This document shows, piece by piece, positions 8,768 through 17,378 of a stretch of 20,000 nucleotides of DNA (its first letter is position 1; every line of letters begins with the position of its first letter). A program made the position numbers and the translations under genes. Location: sequence record SRR31156797_4840. One strand, given 5' to 3'. Below the pieces are notes generated by a model. That model did no database searches. It was not told the DNA's origin and saw nothing but the letters and a program-made list of their open reading frames with translations.

Positions 8768-9035
8768 TGAGGAGCGATACAGTCACAATCAAAAACTCTG
8801 CGAAAGTGGATCTAAGGAAAATCAAACAATCGAATTTTAAAAAAACAGTTTGAAGAAGTGATTCAGGCCTTGAAGGAAGATCCATATATGCCCACGCAGT
8901 CTTTTGAAAAGCTGAGACCTACACATGAAGGCAGATATTCACGTAGGCTGAATAGGCAACATCGAGTGGTTTACAAAGTTGATGAGGAAAATAAAGTTGT
9001 GGAAATTTATTCTGCATGGGACACATTATGAATGA
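8767..9035 (+). pseudogene. Txe/YoeB family toxin disrupted by two +1 frameshifts
   Basis: ATG 8767 reads MRSDTVTIKNSAKVDLRKIKQSNFKKTV and stops at 8851-8853. The +1 frame from 8846 reads QFEEVIQALKEDPYMPTQSFEKLRPTHEGRYSRRLNRQHRVVYKVDEENKVVEIYSAW. The family-typical end THYE-stop (9021-9035) needs a further +1 shift at GGG 9018-9020. Not in the ORF track. Confidence 0.88.
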
Positions 9036-9068
9036 AGTGTGAAGAGCTGATTTTTTAGCTAGTTGACC

Positions 9069-9100
9069 AAGAGCTTCCCAAAAAGGAGGCTCTTTTTTCT
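9069..9100 (+). terminator. Rho-independent terminator after the TA operon (copy 2 of the direct repeat)
   Basis: AAGAGCTTCC-CAAAAA-GGAGGCTCTT-TTTTCT; differs from 8366-8398 by one loop substitution and one T. Confidence 0.85.
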
Positions 9101-9164
9101 TCGAAACCTAACCTTCTTGGATTTGTTGCATGATTTCTTTAATTTGTTCCTATATTCCTACCTT

Positions 9165-9178
9165 TGAAAGCGTTATCG
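9165..9178 (+). promoter_or_regulatory. cre-like site upstream of the GH85 gene
   Basis: TGAAAGCGTTATCG matches most of the CcpA consensus TGWAANCGNTNWCA and overlaps a TTGAAA -35-like hexamer at 9164-9169. Confidence 0.6.
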
Positions 9179-9228
9179 TTTTAGTGTAGGAATGTTGGCG
9201 GGTTTATGTAAAACAAGGAGGAAGAAGT

Positions 9229-12060
9229 GTGACAAGGAAAATCAGTAAAGTTGGCGTATCTTTGTTGGTATTGGCAGCGGCAACGGCAATCGGCGGCTGC
9301 ACCCAAAGTGAGGCGAAGACAACTGGAAAAGTCGTTTACCAGGAAACAGCCAAAAGTACGTTGGAAAAAGCGATGGACAATCAACCGGAGTCGTCTTATT
9401 GGTTCCCAGAGGATTTGTTGGCATGGTCTTTTGAAAAAGATCCAGATGCGAAATACAATACCAGCGTCGTTCCATTAGCGCAGCGGGCAGCTAAAGAGAC
9501 GTTGCCGAAGATGAATGACACGCAAACGGCAGAAACCAAAGTCGTGGCGCTTTCGATCATGAATAGCAGTACGAGCGGCAATGCACCACGAGGGATCAAT
9601 ACCTTTGATGCCAATGTCTTTTCTTATTGGCAATACATCGATCAATTGGTTTATTGGGGCGGCTCTTCTGGCGAAGGGATCATCGTACCACCAAGTCCTG
9701 ATGTGACAGATGCTGCTCATAGGAATGGCGTGCCGGTTTTAGGAACAATCTTCTTTCCGCAAACTGCCCATGGTGGGAAGCTGGAATGGCTAGATACGTT
9801 TTTAGCTAAGGATGAGGACGGCAATTTCCCGATCGTAGAAAAGATGATCGAAGTTGCCAATACGTATGGCTTTGATGGCTGGTTCATCAATCAAGAAACC
9901 GATACGGCGGTCACTAGTTTTGATGATGCAGCGGAAGGTGTCGAACAATCGGGGGCTGATGGTAAAGGACTAAATGAAAGCCACGCCAAAGCGATGCAAG
10001 AATTGATCGCCCAATTCAAAGAACAAGCCGACGAGCATTTAGAGATCATGTGGTATGATTCCATGACGAGTGATGGGAAAATGGATTGGCAAAACGCGTT
10101 GACGGATAAGAACAAAGCCTATTTAGTGGATGCAGAGATGAACCCATTGGCAGATAGTATGTTCTTGAATTTCTGGTGGACTACTGACAAACTGGCGGAC
10201 AAAGAGTTGCTGAAGGCCTCCAATGAAAAAGCCCGTGAAATCGGTGTCGATCCTTACGATCTTTTTGCTGGGATCGATGTACAAGAAAATGGCTATGCAA
10301 CGCCTGTGCGCTGGGATCTGTTTACGGATGAAAAAGGCGTTCCTTATACCTCATTGGGCCTGTATGTGCCTAGCTGGACCTATTCTTCTGCTAGTACGCC
10401 GGATGATTTCCAAAGCAAAGAGAATGCTTTTTGGGTCAATAACACGGGCGATCCTCGGGAAAGCCAGCTGCCAGAAGCGACAGAGTGGCCTGGAATCTCC
10501 ACGTATGCCCTGGAACAGACCGCTATCACAGAGCTGCCTTTTGTGACGAATTTTAGTCTGGGGAATGGCTACAACTATTTTATCGACGGAGAAAAAGTGT
10601 CCAGCCGCAATTGGAACAACCGAAGCTTGCAAGCTGTTTTGCCGACCTATCGTTGGGTCTTTGACCACGGAAAAGACAATGATTTGGCTGTATCAATCAA
10701 TTATGCGGATGCCTATAATGGCGGAAATGCACTGAAACTACGTGGACAGATGACAAAAGGCAGTACCAGTCACATGGCATTGTATCAGACAGCATTTCCT
10801 GTGACGAAAAAGACGAAGCTGACGACGACTGTCAAAGCAACGGTACCGACAGCTCTTGATTTGGTCGTGACCTTAGCCGATGGTTCGACACAAACGATCA
10901 AAGGAGACAAAGAGGTCGCAGCAGACTGGACGACGATTACTTACTCATTGAAAGACATCAAAGGGGAAGTGACAGCGATCGGTTATGACATAACCACTGA
11001 AGAGACCAGTGATGTCTATGAGTTGAATCTAGGGCAATTAACGATCGGAGATCAGAAAGCGGAGAAATTCGCTGCCGAAGCATTGACGGTTGAGGATGTG
11101 CTCTTTGATGAAGAAGAGGGCAACTATGCGGGTGTCCGTTTAACGTGGGAAGCTGCCAAGGACAAGACAGCTGCGGTTTATGAGATCTACCAATTGAACG
11201 ATGACGGCTCACGCTCTTTCTTAGCAGCTACGCCAGCAACCAACCACTATTTGAATGCCGTTGAACGTCCAAAAGGGACGAAAACCAAGTTTGCGGTGGT
11301 GGCAGTGGATCGCTATGGCAATCGTGGCAAGCTATCCGATACGGTGGAGATCACTTGGCCGAACAATCAGCTGCCAAAAGCGGCCTTTACAGCCTCTAAA
11401 ACCTTGGCGGCACCGGGTGAAACGATCACCTTCACGAATACCTCATCTGCGAATGCTGAAGTATTCGAATGGACGTTTGAAGGCGGCGATATCACCAGCA
11501 GTACAGAAGAAAATCCCCAAGTGACCTATTCGGAACCAGGTACCTACAAAGTCACGCTTGTTGCCAAAAACGAAGCAGGAGAGACCCCTCTGGAAATGGC
11601 GGGATTGATCACGATTTCTGCTGATGCGCCGAAAGAGTTGCTGCTGCTTTCAAAAGATGCCGAAGCAACTGCTTCATCGTTTGTCAATGATGCCGAAGCA
11701 CCAGCTTTTGCCCTCGATGGTGATTTGAGTACGAAGTGGTGTGCGACAGGCAATGCGCCTCATGAGTTGATGATCGATCTCGGTCGACCACAAACGGTCA
11801 GTGAAGTACGCCTCGCTCATGCGGAGGCTGGTGGAGAAGGTCCAGACATGAATACGCGGGCGTATACGGTGCTCGTCAGTGAAGATGGCAAAGACTATGA
11901 GCCAGTTTCACGAACGTTGAAAAATGAAGCCGGCAATAGCACCAATACGTTTGGCGTCCAGAAGGTGCAATATGTAAAAATCAGTATCGATAAACCAACA
12001 CAAGGAGCAGATTCGGCAGCCCGAATCTATGAAGTCGAAGTATACGGAATGGATAAATAG
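9229..12060 (+). CDS. GH85 endo-beta-N-acetylglucosaminidase lipoprotein with C-terminal Fn3-like, PKD and F5/8 type C (CBM32-like) domains
   Basis: GTG start after SD AAGGAGG; lipobox IGGC; FSYWQYIDQLVYWGGS, AHRNGVPVLGT and catalytic GFDGWFINQE (N-x-E) motifs; PKD-type FTNTSS..WTFEGG..NPQVTYSEPGTYKVTL; discoidin-type ALDGDLSTKW...ARIYEVEVYG. Confidence 0.92.
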   Translation: MTRKISKVGVSLLVLAAATAIGGCTQSEAKTTGKVVYQETAKSTLEKAMDNQPESSYWFPEDLLAWSFEKDPDAKYNTSVVPLAQRAAKETLPKMNDTQTAETKVVALSIMNSSTSGNAPRGINTFDANVFSYWQYIDQLVYWGGSSGEGIIVPPSPDVTDAAHRNGVPVLGTIFFPQTAHGGKLEWLDTFLAKDEDGNFPIVEKMIEVANTYGFDGWFINQETDTAVTSFDDAAEGVEQSGADGKGLNESHAKAMQELIAQFKEQADEHLEIMWYDSMTSDGKMDWQNALTDKNKAYLVDAEMNPLADSMFLNFWWTTDKLADKELLKASNEKAREIGVDPYDLFAGIDVQENGYATPVRWDLFTDEKGVPYTSLGLYVPSWTYSSASTPDDFQSKENAFWVNNTGDPRESQLPEATEWPGISTYALEQTAITELPFVTNFSLGNGYNYFIDGEKVSSRNWNNRSLQAVLPTYRWVFDHGKDNDLAVSINYADAYNGGNALKLRGQMTKGSTSHMALYQTAFPVTKKTKLTTTVKATVPTALDLVVTLADGSTQTIKGDKEVAADWTTITYSLKDIKGEVTAIGYDITTEETSDVYELNLGQLTIGDQKAEKFAAEALTVEDVLFDEEEGNYAGVRLTWEAAKDKTAAVYEIYQLNDDGSRSFLAATPATNHYLNAVERPKGTKTKFAVVAVDRYGNRGKLSDTVEITWPNNQLPKAAFTASKTLAAPGETITFTNTSSANAEVFEWTFEGGDITSSTEENPQVTYSEPGTYKVTLVAKNEAGETPLEMAGLITISADAPKELLLLSKDAEATASSFVNDAEAPAFALDGDLSTKWCATGNAPHELMIDLGRPQTVSEVRLAHAEAGGEGPDMNTRAYTVLVSEDGKDYEPVSRTLKNEAGNSTNTFGVQKVQYVKISIDKPTQGADSAARIYEVEVYGMDK

Positions 12061-12134
12061 CGAAAAAGAGCAGGGCGTTAAACCTAAGAAGGGAAGCGTC
12101 TGAAGCATGCTTTTCTGAAAAATGACCGAACCCA

Positions 12135-12180
12135 AAAAGCCGTTGCGACCAATAAATGGTCACAACGGCTTTTGCTTTTT
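12135..12180. terminator. Probable bidirectional terminator between GH85 and opuCD
   Basis: AAAAGCCGTTGCGACCA-ATAAA-TGGTCACAACGGCTTTT 17-bp stem flanked by A and T tracts; lies between convergent genes. Confidence 0.85.
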
Positions 12181-12190
12181 GCAAATAAGT

Positions 12191-12853
12191 TTAGCGTGAA
12201 GTACGGCTGGCTGGATCTAAGCGGCGTTCAATAAAGCTCAACCCAAGATCCGTAATGATCGCCATCAAGGCAGTCGGTAAAGCACCGGCTAAGATGATCG
12301 ATGCACCATCCGTCGCATTGGTTCCACGGATGATGATGTCCCCCAGTCCACCAGCACCAACGAAGGCGCCAATAGCGGTGATACCGATCGCCACGACTAA
12401 GGCGTTTCGAATCCCTGCCATGATCACCGAAACAGACAATGGCAATTCGATCATATACAATCGCTGCCAGCTAGTCATCCCCATCCCTTTGCCGACATCT
12501 AACGTATTGCGGTCGACTTGGCGCATGCCGGTATAGGTATTTTTGATGATCGGTAACAAAGAATAAAGGAAAATCGTTAAAATCACGACATTCACACCTA
12601 AGCCCATGCCGATCATTAAAATCGAGATCATCGCTAAAGATGGAATCGTCTGGATGATATTGGCGAAACGAATCACCCAATCTGCCAAACGCATTTTTTT
12701 AGAAATCAAGATCCCGATTGGAATCCCGACGATTGAGGCAAAAAGTACCCCGTAGATTGAAATCAAGAAGTGACGAATGAACTGGGCAAAAACATAGCCG
12801 CCATTTTCTTGAAAATAGAAAAGAAATTGTTGGAATAAATTCATGTCTGCCAT
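12191..12853 (-). CDS. opuCD: Osmoprotectant (glycine betaine/carnitine/choline) ABC permease
   Basis: QTIPSLAM, YSLLPIIKNTY, GMGMT and GAGGLGDIIIRG motifs; last gene of the four-gene operon. Confidence 0.9.
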   Translation of the reverse strand: MADMNLFQQFLFYFQENGGYVFAQFIRHFLISIYGVLFASIVGIPIGILISKKMRLADWVIRFANIIQTIPSLAMISILMIGMGLGVNVVILTIFLYSLLPIIKNTYTGMRQVDRNTLDVGKGMGMTSWQRLYMIELPLSVSVIMAGIRNALVVAIGITAIGAFVGAGGLGDIIIRGTNATDGASIILAGALPTALMAIITDLGLSFIERRLDPASRTSR

Positions 12854-12857
12854 TTCG

Positions 12858-13778
12858 TCACTCTCCTTCGAAGTAATTATTTTCTTCTAAGAAACGTTCG
12901 GCAACTACCGTTGGTTCTAGAAGGTCATTATCCACTTGGTAATTCAATTCTTGCATTTTTTCGGTATCAATTTTGCCTGCTAATTTGTTCAGGGCATCGC
13001 CGATTTCAGGTGTTTCTTCCAATAATTTGTCATCGACGATCGGTGCGGCATCATAAGGCGGGAAGAAGTTTAGATCATCTTCTAGCATCACGAGATCGTA
13101 ACTGCCGATCCGGCCGTCGGTTGAGTACCCTAAAACGATATCCATTTTTCCGTTATCAACAGCATCATAGACGAGACCGATCTGCATCGGTAGGATATTT
13201 TGGAAAGAGAATCCATAGGCTTCCTGGAAGCCATCGTATCCATCGCCGACCCGTGTGATCCACGCGGTATCGACCCCTGCGACCAATTGATCTGCGACAT
13301 CTTTCAAGTCACTGACTTTTTCCAATCCGTATTTTTCGGCAGTGTCTTTCCTGACAAGAAAGACATACGTGTTATCAAAGCCGTAAGATGGGAACCAAGT
13401 CTGTTGGTATCGTTTCTCAAACTCTGATTTGACTTTGTCAAAGGCGGCTTGCGGATCAGATTCTGGTTCCAACCCTAACGTAGTGGTCAAGTCAGTTCCT
13501 GTGTAGCGGGCAGCTGAGATCGACGCATCGCCATTCATCATCGCTTGGTGATTGATGGTCGTTGTTGCTAAGTTGTTAATGACGGTTGTGTTTTTATCCG
13601 TATAGTGTTCGACCATACCGGCAACCACCGCGCCAAGAATTTGGGCTTCGGAAGTGATCCCACCTGTGATCGCCACGGTATTCTCATCAGAAGTCGATGC
13701 TAAACCGGGAAAGGAACAGCCGGACAGTAAAGCGACACTTAAGGAAAACAACAGCGCTAATTTTGAAGTTTTTTTCAT
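12858..13778 (-). CDS. opuCC: Osmoprotectant ABC substrate-binding lipoprotein
   Basis: Lipobox LSGC; YTGTDL, YGFDNTY, YSTDGRI and FFPPYDA motifs. Confidence 0.9.
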   Translation of the reverse strand: MKKTSKLALLFSLSVALLSGCSFPGLASTSDENTVAITGGITSEAQILGAVVAGMVEHYTDKNTTVINNLATTTINHQAMMNGDASISAARYTGTDLTTTLGLEPESDPQAAFDKVKSEFEKRYQQTWFPSYGFDNTYVFLVRKDTAEKYGLEKVSDLKDVADQLVAGVDTAWITRVGDGYDGFQEAYGFSFQNILPMQIGLVYDAVDNGKMDIVLGYSTDGRIGSYDLVMLEDDLNFFPPYDAAPIVDDKLLEETPEIGDALNKLAGKIDTEKMQELNYQVDNDLLEPTVVAERFLEENNYFEGE

Positions 13779-14413
13779 TACGCATCCCCCCTTAAGGCAG
13801 CTGGTGTCAGTTTGTTTTCTAACAAACCCAGTAACCAGTCAGCTAATAAAGCAAAGATCGTCACTGGAATCGTTCCAGCAAAAATCAAAGGCGGTTGGTA
13901 ATTGTTTAGTCCGCTAAAGATCAAATCACCAAGTCCACCGGCACCAATGTAAGAAGCCAAGGTAGCCCAGGCTAAAACATACACGGCCGATAAGCGGATC
14001 CCTGCCATGATCGTTGGGATCGCTAGGGGTAATTCCACACTGATGATCGACTGCAAGTTGGTCATCCCCATCCCTTTGGCAACATCGCGGTAATTCCAAT
14101 CGACTTTTTTCATTCCGATGTAGGTATTTCGCAAAATCGGCAATAAGGAATAAATGAAAAGAGCGACGATAGCAGGGACTTTTCCGACACCTAAAATCGG
14201 GATCATCAATGCCAATAGGGCCAAAGAAGGCACGGTTTGCAGCGCACTGGTGATGCCGATCACGATCGTTGCTGCTTTGGGGAAACGGGTCAAGATCACA
14301 CCGATCGGTACGGCAACAAGAATCCCTAAAAGCAAAGCCGCAAAGGAGATATACAAATGTTCAAGACTTTTGGTGACCAATTGGCCGCCATATTCATTAA
14401 AGAAGCTTTGCAT
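13778..14413 (-). CDS. opuCB: Osmoprotectant ABC permease
   Basis: [21 protein letters not shown] and [14 protein letters not shown] motifs; its stop overlaps the opuCC start. Confidence 0.9.
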   Translation of the reverse strand: MQSFFNEYGGQLVTKSLEHLYISFAALLLGILVAVPIGVILTRFPKAATIVIGITSALQTVPSLALLALMIPILGVGKVPAIVALFIYSLLPILRNTYIGMKKVDWNYRDVAKGMGMTNLQSIISVELPLAIPTIMAGIRLSAVYVLAWATLASYIGAGGLGDLIFSGLNNYQPPLIFAGTIPVTIFALLADWLLGLLENKLTPAALRGDA

Positions 14414-14416
14414 GCG

Positions 14417-15592
14417 CTAGACCTCCTCAGTTTCTTCAGGTTTCGCCGACTCAATGGCTTCCATGATCGATGGCTCATCGCCCCAAATCACGTCATAAAC
14501 GATATCAACTAAGGAAGCACGGGTCAAAATCCCGACTAAATGTTTGTCGGCATCTACTACCGGCACATATTTTAAGCCGCGTTTTAAGATACGTTGCAAG
14601 GTATCCCGCAACAAGGCGGTTTCGCGAACGAAAAAGACATCTTTGTTCAAGATATCCCCGACACTAGTAACTTTGCCACGGTTGCGGTCGATGGATTCGA
14701 CATCGATGTAGCCTTTTAGCACGTTGCTATTGTCGGTAACAAGCAAGGTATCGACCCGTTTTTCCCGCATCAAGTGAATCGCTTCTTGTAAGGATTTTTC
14801 TGGTGTGATAGCGATCGGGGTATTTAACATTACGTCTTTGACTGGCGTCGTGTCAGGTTTTGCTTGTAACAAGCGGTCTTCACCGATCAACTCTTCCACA
14901 AACGGTGTTGCTGGGTGTTGCAGAATATTTTCTGGTGTATCAAATTGAATGACTTTTCCTTCACTCATGATCACGATACGGCTAGCAAGCTTCAATGCTT
15001 CGTCCATATCATGGGTAACGAAGACGACGGTTTTTCCAAGCCGTTCTTGCAAGTCTTTAACCAAATCTTGTAAGGAGTCACGAGTGATTGGGTCTAGTGC
15101 GCCAAAAGGCTCATCCATTAAAATAACATCTTGGTCAGCTGCCAAGGCACGGACAACACCGATCCGTTGCTGTTGCCCTCCAGACAATTCGTTGGGGTAA
15201 CGGTCGAGCATTTCTCGTGGCAATTCCACTAAGTCGATCATGCGCTCGGCAGTTTTGTTGCGTTCTTCTTGGCTGACTTTTAACAATTTTTGAACCAATG
15301 TGATGTTTTCCCGAATCGTCATGTGAGGCATCAAACCGATGCTTTGGATCACATAGCCGATTTGACGGCGTAACTCCACTGGGTTGATCTCTGTAACGCT
15401 TTTTCCATTGATCAAGATTTTTCCTTTAGAAGGATCCGTCATACGGTTGATCATCCGCATACAAGTCGTCTTTCCGCTACCACTTGTCCCGATGAAGCAA
15501 ATGAATTCGCCTTTTTCAAAGGAAAGATTCACATCTTCAACAGCGACTTTACCACCTTTGTAAATTTTGGATACCTGCTGAAACTCAATCAT
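14417..15592 (-). CDS. opuCA: Osmoprotectant ABC ATP-binding subunit with C-terminal CBS pair
   Basis: Walker A GTSGSGKT, signature LSGGQQQR, Walker B ILMDEPFGALD; tandem CBS domains at the C-terminus. Confidence 0.93.
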   Translation of the reverse strand: MIEFQQVSKIYKGGKVAVEDVNLSFEKGEFICFIGTSGSGKTTCMRMINRMTDPSKGKILINGKSVTEINPVELRRQIGYVIQSIGLMPHMTIRENITLVQKLLKVSQEERNKTAERMIDLVELPREMLDRYPNELSGGQQQRIGVVRALAADQDVILMDEPFGALDPITRDSLQDLVKDLQERLGKTVVFVTHDMDEALKLASRIVIMSEGKVIQFDTPENILQHPATPFVEELIGEDRLLQAKPDTTPVKDVMLNTPIAITPEKSLQEAIHLMREKRVDTLLVTDNSNVLKGYIDVESIDRNRGKVTSVGDILNKDVFFVRETALLRDTLQRILKRGLKYVPVVDADKHLVGILTRASLVDIVYDVIWGDEPSIMEAIESAKPEETEEV

Positions 15593-15648
15593 GATGTCAC
15601 CTCTATTTTTATTTAAGCAATCTGAATAATGGCTTATAATCTGTACTA

Positions 15649-15677
15649 AGTATGCCGAAAAGTCACGTGTTATTCAA
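15649..15677 (-). promoter_or_regulatory. Candidate sigma-A promoter of the opuC operon
   Basis: Minus strand TTGAAT-17 bp-CATACT. Confidence 0.45.
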
Positions 15678-15884
15678 ATAATCTGCCCATTTTTTTCATA
15701 ATTGTATAGACAAAAACGAAAATAGCGCCATAAGCAAGTCCAAATTAAGGAGCGATGCATAGAGAAAAGAAGCAGCGAAAATATGTCGTTATTTTTCATT
15801 GGGAAAAGGGGTGCTTTTTTGCTGAAGGCCTTAGCAGCAGTCTCTTTATTTTTTTCTAAGAAAGGGCAGAATTAAAAGCTGTTT

Positions 15885-15913
15885 TTTCAATTTTTATAAA
15901 AACATGCTAGAAT
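15885..15913 (+). promoter_or_regulatory. Candidate extended -10 promoter of queA
   Basis: TTTCAA (15885-15890)-17 bp-TAGAAT (15908-15913) with TG at 15905-15906. Confidence 0.6.
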
Positions 15914-15944
15914 AGAGAAGAATTTAGGGAAAGAGAGGAACAAC

Positions 15945-16976
15945 ATGCTTACAACTGAAGATTTTGATTTTGAATTACCGGAAGAACTGATCGCTCAAAC
16001 GCCATTAAGTGATCGCTCAAGTTCCCGTTTATTAGTGGTTGACCGCGAGACTGGCAAATTTGAGGACAAGCACTTCTATAACATCATTGATGAATTGGAA
16101 CCAGGGGATGCCTTGGTGATGAATGATACGCGGGTATTACCAGCTCGTATCTATGGCGAAAAACAAGAAACAGGTGCCCATCTGGAAATCCTTTTACTGA
16201 ACAATATTGAAGGGGATACGTGGGAAACCTTGATCAAGCCAGCCAAAAGAGCCAAAGTCGGCACGAAGATCACCTTCGGCGACGGACGATTAGAGGCAGT
16301 GGTGGAAGAAGAGCTCGATCACGGCGGCCGGATCATTCGTTTTCAATACAAAGGAATCTTTTTAGAGATTCTGGAATCACTTGGCGAAATGCCGTTACCG
16401 CCTTACATCAAAGAACGGCTAGAAGACCCAGACCGCTATCAAACGGTTTATGCCAAAGAAAACGGCTCAGCGGCCGCACCAACTGCCGGCTTGCATTTTA
16501 CCCCAGAATTGCTAGAGCAGATTGCAGCGAAAGGCGTCAAGCTGGTTTATCTGACTTTGCACGTTGGTTTAGGAACGTTTCGTCCAGTCAGTGTCGATAA
16601 TATCGCTGATCATGAGATGCACAGCGAATTTTACCGTTTGACAGAAGAAGCTGCCGCACAATTGAACGAGGTTCGGGCAAATGGTGGCAAGATCGTTGCA
16701 GTCGGAACGACTTCGATCCGTACATTAGAAACCATTGGGACCAAGTTTGATGGGCAAATCAAAGCCGATAGTGGGTGGACGAGTATTTTTATCACGCCAG
16801 GCTATCAGTTTAAAATCGTGGAAGCTTTTTCTACCAACTTCCACCTACCAAAATCAACCTTAGTGATGTTAGTCAGTGCCTTTGCAGGACGCGACCTAAC
16901 ACTTTCTGCCTACCAGCATGCCATCGATGAGCGATATCGCTTCTTTAGCTTTGGCGATGCGATGTTCTTAAAATAA
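15945..16976 (+). CDS. queA: S-adenosylmethionine:tRNA ribosyltransferase-isomerase
   Basis: [63 protein letters not shown] and [10 protein letters not shown] motifs. Confidence 0.98.
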   Translation: MLTTEDFDFELPEELIAQTPLSDRSSSRLLVVDRETGKFEDKHFYNIIDELEPGDALVMNDTRVLPARIYGEKQETGAHLEILLLNNIEGDTWETLIKPAKRAKVGTKITFGDGRLEAVVEEELDHGGRIIRFQYKGIFLEILESLGEMPLPPYIKERLEDPDRYQTVYAKENGSAAAPTAGLHFTPELLEQIAAKGVKLVYLTLHVGLGTFRPVSVDNIADHEMHSEFYRLTEEAAAQLNEVRANGGKIVAVGTTSIRTLETIGTKFDGQIKADSGWTSIFITPGYQFKIVEAFSTNFHLPKSTLVMLVSAFAGRDLTLSAYQHAIDERYRFFSFGDAMFLK

Positions 16977-16977
16977 A

Positions 16978-17057
16978 CAAAAAAACTGAGCGACGTAAGC
17001 GGCTCTTTAAGTTGAATCAATTTCTCAACTTTTAGAACTGCTTTTTTTGTCGCCCAG
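16978..17057 (-). terminator. Long hairpin terminator of the minus-strand RNA (may also end queA)
   Basis: Nested stems 16986-16994/17049-17057, 16997-17006/17034-17043 and 17009-17015/17025-17031. The outer stem pairs fully (with G-U) only on the minus strand and is followed there by a U tract (A run 16979-16985). Confidence 0.7.
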
Positions 17058-17343
17058 CTTACTACTAGAGGAAGGTATAAGTGGTGGTCGCTTTTTGTGG
17101 TCCATGCAAAGCAATGTTTCTCGAAAATTTGTTTTCATTTACAAACTTACACATGTTTCGTGTATTCCGATACAAAATGAGACGTATCATTTTTCGATAT
17201 GGAAATGTTCGATCCTTGTTACGTTTTTCTTCTTGTTACTTTACACGTTTGGTACTAGGTGAAACTTGTACGTTCAACAACTTTTAGTAGATTGAGTTTG
17301 CGATATTTACGAAAACCACCAACAGAGTTGCTACCTTCCTTAC
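16978..17343 (-). ncRNA. Predicted ~365-nt structured small RNA of unknown family
   Basis: Dedicated promoter (17350-17378), terminator (16978-17057), 5'/3' complementarity and internal hairpins; no convincing ORF with an RBS. Confidence 0.65.
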
Positions 17344-17349
17344 ACTTAT

Positions 17350-17378
17350 ACTATAACACGAAACGGAAGCGTTTGCAA
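17350..17378 (-). promoter_or_regulatory. Extended -10 sigma-A promoter with overlapping cre-like site
   Basis: Minus strand TTGCAA (17378-17373)-17 bp-TATAGT (17355-17350) with a TGn extension; TGCAAACGCTTCCG (17377-17364) is cre-like. Confidence 0.75.

Noticed and set aside
8835-8853. Programmed ribosomal frameshift at TTTTAAAAAAA producing active toxin
   Set aside because: The needed shift is +1 rather than the -1 typical of such heptamers, and a second frameshift at 9018-9020 would still remove the C-terminal His-Tyr.
17065-17190. 41-codon minus-strand ORF (MIRLILYRNTRN...) inside the candidate sRNA
   Set aside because: No SD upstream of the ATG and no recognisable or hydrophobic toxin-like character.
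17047-17287. Plus-strand ORFs 17047-17262 (71 aa) and 17081-17287 (68 aa)
   Set aside because: No recognisable family or plus-strand promoter. The clear promoter and terminator are on the minus strand, and the AGGAAGG before 17081 is explained as one arm of the long-range helix. Not fully excluded without Ribo-seq.
16978-17343. Identification of the RNA as 6S RNA, tmRNA, RNase P, SRP or a preQ1 riboswitch
   Set aside because: About twice the length of 6S; lacks tmRNA tRNA-like ends and RNase P/SRP conserved motifs by eye; it is downstream of and antisense to queA rather than a leader.
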